A DNA stretch of 61,659 nt from Betaproteobacteria bacterium. GTDB taxonomy: Bacteria > Pseudomonadota > Gammaproteobacteria > Burkholderiales > SG8-41. Made by a program: the position numbers and the translations under genes. Shown here one piece after another: positions 56,597 to 61,659 of this stretch; the stretch's first letter is position 1; every line of letters starts with the position of its first letter. The stretch spans positions 1 to 61,659 of the forward strand of contig VGIF01000001.1 in the NCBI GenBank assembly GCA_016868015.1. Direction: 5' to 3'. Under the pieces are notes generated by a model. That model made no database searches, had not been told where the DNA came from, and saw only the letters and a program-made list of their open reading frames with translations.

Positions 56597-57337
56597 TTAA
56601 TTCGAGCCTAACAGCAAGCCCTGCTCTTGAACCGGCACCCCGCGCCCCGCTTCGCGCAACGCCGCCCACAGGCTGCAATTCAAATTAAGCAGCACCGGCT
56701 TATTGAATTGCGCCTCCAGCGGCGCCACCGCATGCGTGCTCAGCCAGCGGCCGCCGGGCAACACCAGCGCTTGCGCTTGCGGCGCGGCCTGCAGTGCGCC
56801 ACGGCCCAGGTTGATCGCAAGCTGCATGCCATCGGACGCTTTTAACTGGGCGTTTTCCGCCATGGTGGCGCCGCGCGCCTGGCGGCCGACCACTTCGATG
56901 CCGGTTAATTGGAGATAAGCCGCCACCGCATCATTCAGCGGCTCGTGCCAACGCGTGGCGAGCGCCACTTTTTTGGCGTTCAGATGCTTGGCCGCGGCGG
57001 CAATGGCTTCGAGGTCGGTGTCGAAGGTAACGCCGGTGCGTTTTTTGACTTCGGCTTTCATCGCCAGCACCCGCTCGCGCCCGAGCGCCGCCGACACCGG
57101 CACCCCGGTCAGCACGATGCGATTGGCACCGGCATGCGCGAGCTCCTCGACGTGTTTCCAGAATAGCGGCATCTCATGATCCACCGCCGCTGTTGAATAG
57201 TCGGTGATTTCCAGATTGGCGAGCATCAACATCACGCCATCGGGCGCGAAGCGGTAAAACTGATAGGCGACATTGTCGACTATCGGATGCGGCGTGATAT
57301 AGCCCAGGCGGTACCAGGGTTCGGTCAGTGGTTTCAT
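56597..57337 (-). CDS. Asp/Glu racemase superfamily protein (arylmalonate decarboxylase / maleate isomerase-like)
   Basis: ATG 57337 (MKPLTEPWYRLGYITPHP...), ~246 aa. Paralogous in type to 28235..28960. Confidence 0.65.
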   Translation of the reverse strand: MKPLTEPWYRLGYITPHPIVDNVAYQFYRFAPDGVMLMLANLEITDYSTAAVDHEMPLFWKHVEELAHAGANRIVLTGVPVSAALGRERVLAMKAEVKKRTGVTFDTDLEAIAAAAKHLNAKKVALATRWHEPLNDAVAAYLQLTGIEVVGRQARGATMAENAQLKASDGMQLAINLGRGALQAAPQAQALVLPGGRWLSTHAVAPLEAQFNKPVLLNLNCSLWAALREAGRGVPVQEQGLLLGSN

Positions 57338-57616
57338 GGTGTTGGGGTATTTGAACCCGTCAGGATAAAAGCTCAGTATAAGCGCGTCGCCGCGCCTTGC
57401 GTAATACGGCGGGTCCACCTTAATACCACGCAAACGCCGCGACGATGTAACACCCGAGCCTTCGGGTTGCGCATCGCACACGGCTCAAGCTTTAGCGCCA
57501 TCAACGCGCTGAACATGCCGTTGCGTGCGGACCAGAAAAACTTCAACCTGCCAGCCCCGCTTTCATGCGAGGGCTGCGCCGCCGCCTACGCGCGAGCCAG
57601 CTCGCCACCGTTGGCT

Positions 57617-57649
57617 TAAATAAAATATTCAATTAAATCAAATACTTAC
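57617..57649 (+). repeat. ATE copy 15
   Basis: taaataaaatattcaattaaatcaaatacttac, perfect core. About 90 nt upstream of the cNMP-binding gene. Confidence 0.75.
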
Positions 57650-57740
57650 AAAAATACCTTCCATCAGTGTCAGCGCATCTCTAACGCCATCGAGGTTTGT
57701 GGCAAGCTTGCACCCATCGCGCCAGCACAGGAATCCAGTG

Positions 57741-58235
57741 ATGAACCCGTCACGCGTTGCCGTGCTGCAGAACACCGCCATCTTCGGCGGTGTGCGCGCG
57801 GATATCCTGCAATTCATCCTCGATGCTTCGCCGCAAATCGCCGTAGCCAAAGGCGGGTTCTTTTTCCGCGAGCACGAGCGCGCCGACTCCATGTTCGTGC
57901 TGGAGCAAGGCGAAGCGGCGGTACTGAAGGCGTGGCAAGGCCATGAATATTTGCTGCACCATTTGCACGCCGGCGACTGTTTCGGTGAAATGAGCCTGAT
58001 CGATCTGCAGCCGCGCAGCGCCTCGCTGCTCGCGCTCGAGGACAGCTGCGCGGTCGAGATCGGCAGCGCGACCCTGGCCGAAGTCCATGCACACGACCTG
58101 GCGCAGCTTGCCCTGATCTACATGAACATGGGCCGCGAGGTAAGCCGCCGCTTGCGGGCCATGGACGAGTGCCTGTTTGCCGAGCGTATCAAGCTCATCC
58201 CCGCCAGTGGGCACTATACCTTCAGCCCCAAATGA
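57741..58235 (+). CDS. stand-alone cyclic-nucleotide-binding (CAP effector) domain protein
   Basis: ATG 57741. FGEMSLIDLQPRSASLLA phosphate-binding-cassette-like motif. No HTH domain follows. Confidence 0.8.
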   Translation: MNPSRVAVLQNTAIFGGVRADILQFILDASPQIAVAKGGFFFREHERADSMFVLEQGEAAVLKAWQGHEYLLHHLHAGDCFGEMSLIDLQPRSASLLALEDSCAVEIGSATLAEVHAHDLAQLALIYMNMGREVSRRLRAMDECLFAERIKLIPASGHYTFSPK

Positions 58236-58334
58236 CATACCCTGCGATGGCCCGGCGGCACCGGCCGCGATCACAATGGCGACAATGCCGGTGCGCCGCC
58301 GGCACCTCAACCCGGCAACACAGGAGACCGCGCG

Positions 58335-59201
58335 ATGATTCCCGTAGATGCTCAAACCATGCGTGAAATCGCGCCGCGTTTTAGCGGCGAGTGGGCCGAA
58401 CGGCAAACGCGCATCACCGCAGCGGTTGGCGAAGTGCTCGCGCCCACGCTTGCCGCCTACGCCATCACCACGCGGCTACGCATCGCGCATTTTCTGGGCC
58501 AGACCTGCCACGAAGCCGCGGGCTTTCGCACCACCGAGGAATTCGCCAGCGGCGACGCCTACGAGGGCCGGCGCGATCTGGGCAACACCAAACCGGGCGA
58601 CGGCCGCCGCTACAAGGGCCGCGGCCTGATTCAACTCACCGGCCGCGCCAACTACCGCGACACCGGCAAGGCGCTGAACATTGATCTGGAAAACTTCCCC
58701 GAGCGCGCCGCGCAGCCCGCGCTCTCGCTCAGCATCGCTTGCGAGTACTGGAAAAGCCGACGCATCAATGCCGCTGCCGATAACGACGACCTTATCACCG
58801 TTACGCGCTTGATCAACGGCGGGCTTAACGGGTTGGACGACCGGCGCGAGCGCACCACGCGCGCCAAGGCCGCGATCACCCGCATCGAAGGCCTGATGCT
58901 CGAAGGCACCACGCCACGCAACGCGCGGCCGGTGTTGCGCCGCGGCTCCAAGGGCGAAGCCGTCATTCAGTTGCAGCTTGCGCTGCGCAAGCTCGGCTTC
59001 ATGCTCTCGATCGACGGCGACTTCGGTCCCGGCACCGAAGTGGCGGTGGCGTGGTTTCAGCGTGCACAACGGCTGGATATCGACGGCATCGTCGGGCCCG
59101 GCACCTGGGTGGCGCTGGACATGGCGGCCAAGGTAACCAAGGCAATCAAAGCAACCAAGGCGCAGCATGCATCTGCCGGCCAACGGGTTCAACCTCGCTG
59201 A
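58335..59201 (+). CDS. glycoside hydrolase family 19 (chitinase/endolysin-like) with C-terminal peptidoglycan-binding domain
   Basis: HFLGQTCHEAAGFRTTEEF...YKGRGLIQLTGRANY...INGGLNG is GH19-like. LRRGSKGEAVIQLQLAL..LSIDGDFGPGTEVAV is PG_binding_1-like. No signal peptide. The 3' end runs into the IS remnant. Confidence 0.8.
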   Translation: MIPVDAQTMREIAPRFSGEWAERQTRITAAVGEVLAPTLAAYAITTRLRIAHFLGQTCHEAAGFRTTEEFASGDAYEGRRDLGNTKPGDGRRYKGRGLIQLTGRANYRDTGKALNIDLENFPERAAQPALSLSIACEYWKSRRINAAADNDDLITVTRLINGGLNGLDDRRERTTRAKAAITRIEGLMLEGTTPRNARPVLRRGSKGEAVIQLQLALRKLGFMLSIDGDFGPGTEVAVAWFQRAQRLDIDGIVGPGTWVALDMAAKVTKAIKATKAQHASAGQRVQPR

Positions 59202-59510
59202 CCAGGCGTGTGAGGACGCTCTTTACGACATCGCAACCAGAAACCCGTGCTCAATCGGATTGCGCCCAAGGCGAAGGACTTCACCAACCAGCGCGCCTAC
59301 CGTAACCGCCCGCTCACCGAAGCGGACAAGCTCGCCAACCGGCGCAATTCCTCTGTGCAGGCCAAGGTCGAGCACGTGTTCCGGCCACTGAAGACACTGT
59401 AGGGATTTGCCAAGGCGCGCTATCGCGAGTTAAAGAAGAACGCCAATCGCGCGTTTGCGATGCTGGCGATGGTGAACATTTACAAATGGGATAGGCCGCT
59501 CACGGGATAG
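59167..59510 (+). mobile_element. IS5-family transposase remnant (internally deleted, with stop)
   Basis: N-terminal-type piece GFNLADQACEDALYDI joined to C-terminal-type piece RNRPLTEADKLANRRNSSVQAKVEHVFRPLKTL-stop-GFAKARYRELKKNANRAFAMLAMVNIY. The DDE core is missing. Confidence 0.75.
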
Positions 59511-59538
59511 CTACGTGCAGTGTACGCCTAAAAAAATA

Positions 59539-60606
59539 CTACACCGCTATTGGTACCCTTGGCACCAATATTACTTCGTGGCCCAATACACCAGCCATCG
59601 TCTTGTAAACGAAATCGGGATCGAGATCACGCACAACGAACACCAGCACCGAGCGCCGATCTTGGTCGGGCCAGGCGCTGAGCCTTACCAATGGATAAGT
59701 GACATGCTGCACCCCGTGCAACACCATCGGCAGCGTTTCGCCCACGACATTGAGCAACCCTTTGACGCGCAAGATGCGTTCTCCCGCAAGCGAACATAAC
59801 AGCTTGATCGCCGCCAGCACGCGTTCCGATGCCAGCGGCTGCGAAAAGCGCAGTACAAACGAACGCACGAGTTCATCGTGCGTGGCTTCCGCTTTGTGCT
59901 TTAAGACGGTTTTAACGCCGGTTCTCGGCTGATAAAGGTGCGCTGCGAGCCAACGCGTCACGTGCGTTGGCTCGCGCGATGCGGCGACAACGCTGGTGTC
60001 GAGTAACAACGCAGGCTCGATTGCGCCCAGTACGGCCGGCACGATGGGCGCTGCGGGGTTAAGAACTCGTAAGCGCGCTGTTAGTGCGTTTTGTTGCGCC
60101 GGTTCGGCAAGGTCGCATTTGGTCAAGACAATGCGGTCTGCCACCGCCACCTGTTTGACCGATTCACGATGCGCGTCAAGCTGCTGCATGCCAAACACCG
60201 CGTCTACCGCAGTGACGATGGCATCGAGGCGGTAGTGCTGCATCACGTGCGGATCGCTCATCAGCGCCCGCGCCACCGGCGCCGGGTCTGCGAGCCCCGT
60301 GGTTTCGACAAATACACTGGTAAAACGCGCGATGCCATTGCTTCCGCGGCCAAACAACAATTCCCGCAGCGCGTTCACAAGGTCGCTCTGCACCGTGCAA
60401 CACAAACAGCCATTGGATAACACCGTTACAGTGTCATGCACCTCCCGTACCAGGTGATGATCAAGGCCCACCTCGCCGATCTCGTTGATCAGTACGGCGC
60501 TTTGCGAAAATTCCTCATGGGTAAGCAACTGTCGCAGCAAGGTCGTTTTTCCGCTGCCCAGAAAACCGGTCAGAAGGGTGACCGGGACTAGCGTGGCCGA
60601 ACTCAT
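59539..60606 (-). CDS. COG0523-family G3E GTPase (CobW/ZigA-like metallochaperone)
   Basis: P-loop GFLGSGKTTLL, metal motif GCLCC, and a C-terminal CobW_C-like region. Confidence 0.88.
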   Translation of the reverse strand: MSSATLVPVTLLTGFLGSGKTTLLRQLLTHEEFSQSAVLINEIGEVGLDHHLVREVHDTVTVLSNGCLCCTVQSDLVNALRELLFGRGSNGIARFTSVFVETTGLADPAPVARALMSDPHVMQHYRLDAIVTAVDAVFGMQQLDAHRESVKQVAVADRIVLTKCDLAEPAQQNALTARLRVLNPAAPIVPAVLGAIEPALLLDTSVVAASREPTHVTRWLAAHLYQPRTGVKTVLKHKAEATHDELVRSFVLRFSQPLASERVLAAIKLLCSLAGERILRVKGLLNVVGETLPMVLHGVQHVTYPLVRLSAWPDQDRRSVLVFVVRDLDPDFVYKTMAGVLGHEVILVPRVPIAV

Positions 60607-61124
60607 TCGGACATCCCTGTGCCATAGGCTTGCGCCGGGTCATAGACTTTTTCATCCTCAAGAAAGCGCAAGCGGAAACTCGTACTGCCGCTCGACACCA
60701 CCAACTGGCGAAAAAAGCAGGATCGGTATCCCACATGGCAGGACGCCCCACCCGTCAGCCTTACTTTCAGCAATACGCAGTCCTGATCGTCGTCGATGAG
60801 AATTTGCTCGACTTGTTGCGCTTGCCCCGAACGCTCGCCTTTAGCCCATAATTGGCGACGACTGCGCGACCAGTAGTGCGCATAGCCACTGGTGATGGTG
60901 AGCGAGAGCGCTTGACGATTCATGTAGCCCAGCATCAGCACCTCGCCGGAAACGGCGTCCTGGGTGATGCAGGGAACAAGGCCGCCGTCGCCAAAGCACG
61001 GCATCATGAGAGCACCTTCCTCGATGCTCTGCAGGTCACGGCGTGTCGGAAACGGCAACTCCTGGGCATACCGTTGCGCGACATAGCCCTTGCCATCGGG
61101 GCTTACCTTGAAATAATCCGTCAT
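60603..61124 (-). CDS. hisI: phosphoribosyl-AMP cyclohydrolase (HisI) paralogue with N-terminal extension
   Basis: ATG 61124 after AAAGAGGAG. GLVPCITQDAVSGEVLMLGYMN, WSRSRRQLWAKGERSG, IDDDQDCVLLKV...SCHVGYRSCF (Asp and Cys ligand pattern retained). 4-nt overlap with the COG0523 gene. Confidence 0.8.
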   Translation of the reverse strand: MTDYFKVSPDGKGYVAQRYAQELPFPTRRDLQSIEEGALMMPCFGDGGLVPCITQDAVSGEVLMLGYMNRQALSLTITSGYAHYWSRSRRQLWAKGERSGQAQQVEQILIDDDQDCVLLKVRLTGGASCHVGYRSCFFRQLVVSSGSTSFRLRFLEDEKVYDPAQAYGTGMSE

Positions 61125-61217
61125 GCTTCGCTCCTCTTTCCGAAATCTCGCGAGGTGCCGGGCGGGAATTTGCAAGTATGTTGCATGATGCGGCAAAAAT
61201 CCGCGTAACTGCGCCTG

Positions 61218-61659
61218 CTACAAGGGTCTGGGCTTGGGCTGCGGCTTGAAAATGCGGTAGGACTGGTGACAGGCGAGACACTGGTGTCGCACGTCGGTAT
61301 AAGCTGCATTCAAATCGCCATCCGCCTTTACGGCAGCAGCCAAGTCATCTGCGGCCTTCCGAAAACCAGCAACATGCCGGCCGAATCTTTCCGGGTGCTG
61401 CCAGATTTCCGGCTTCGCGCCATGCTGGCCGATCTCTGTTTCCGTGCCGGGAATGAACAGTGTATCCAGTGTCCTCGCCAAGCCCTGCAGGGCTTGTGCA
61501 TGGGCGAGCAACTGGCCCCTGAATGGCGCGTTATAAATGACCACCGCTTCAATCGCTCGGAAATGCGCAGACTTCGCCAGCATTTGCTGGCGGCGATATA
61601 GCGTGATGCGCTGATGATCCGTGGTGATCTCCAGCGGCTTGATGTGATCCTTGAGATTG
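61218..61659 (-). CDS. cytochrome c' / class II cytochrome c (5' end outside the window)
   Basis: C-terminal haem motif CLACHQSYR. The reading frame stays open to the window edge (hand translation NLKDHIKPLEITTDHQRITLYRRQQMLAKSAHF). Confidence 0.7.
   Translation of the reverse strand, partial: NLKDHIKPLEITTDHQRITLYRRQQMLAKSAHFRAIEAVVIYNAPFRGQLLAHAQALQGLARTLDTLFIPGTETEIGQHGAKPEIWQHPERFGRHVAGFRKAADDLAAAVKADGDLNAAYTDVRHQCLACHQSYRIFKPQPKPRPL

Noticed and set aside
57287-57619. 110-aa plus-strand ORF in the 400-nt region upstream of the cNMP-binding gene
   Set aside because: It partly overlaps the 5' end of the racemase-like gene on the other strand. It has no RBS, no recognisable motifs and an Ala/Arg/Pro-biased composition.
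61171-61185. Zur box upstream of hisI/COG0523
   Set aside because: The palindrome TGCAAgtatgTTGCA does not resemble the AT-rich Zur consensus I know (for example TGTTATAnTATAACA-like). It is kept only as an unassigned palindrome in the COG0523 finding.

Overview
This is a visibly GC-rich proteobacterial chromosome segment. Gene content and order (lolCD-recJ-prfB-lysS, bamD/rluD/pgeF, many Bug/TctC receptors) suggest a betaproteobacterium of the Burkholderiales type; that is inference only. Roughly 1-25 kb is mostly housekeeping: comEC, alkA-like glycosylase, lolD/lolC, recJ, prfB with its +1 frameshift, lysS, acetoacetyl-CoA synthetase, copA/copZ, bamD, rluD, pgeF, yhhQ, tRNA-Pro, an MFS transporter and a LysR regulator. 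Roughly 25-61 kb is accessory and catabolic. It holds a hydantoinase/racemase-like/Bug cluster and phnDCEE plus a HAD hydrolase. A large acyl-CoA cluster follows, with three acyl-CoA dehydrogenases, an enoyl-CoA hydratase, two MmgE/PrpD proteins, an ADP-forming CoA ligase, a hot-dog hydratase pair, cupin, 2-hydroxyacid dehydrogenase, a FadH-like reductase and an amidohydrolase. The right end carries an orphan response regulator, a cNMP-binding protein, a GH19 endolysin-like gene, an IS5-family remnant, a COG0523-hisI pair and a partial cytochrome c'. Non-coding structure is unusually dense. There are 15 copies of a ~32-bp AT-rich element whose core fits the IHF consensus, several of them pushed into coding sequence or abutting start codons. 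There are also at least four REP/MITE-like palindromic families (some nested) and two heptanucleotide microsatellites. Several genes are decayed: a C-terminally truncated MCP, a CheB lacking most of its receiver domain, a Bug gene with a nonsense codon plus a frameshift, and the deleted IS5 transposase. I found no CRISPR array, no rRNA and no recognisable canonical defence system. The most unusual signal I can support is the AT-rich element family. The ORF track uses ATG/GTG/TTG and the longest extension, so many starts were moved inward.
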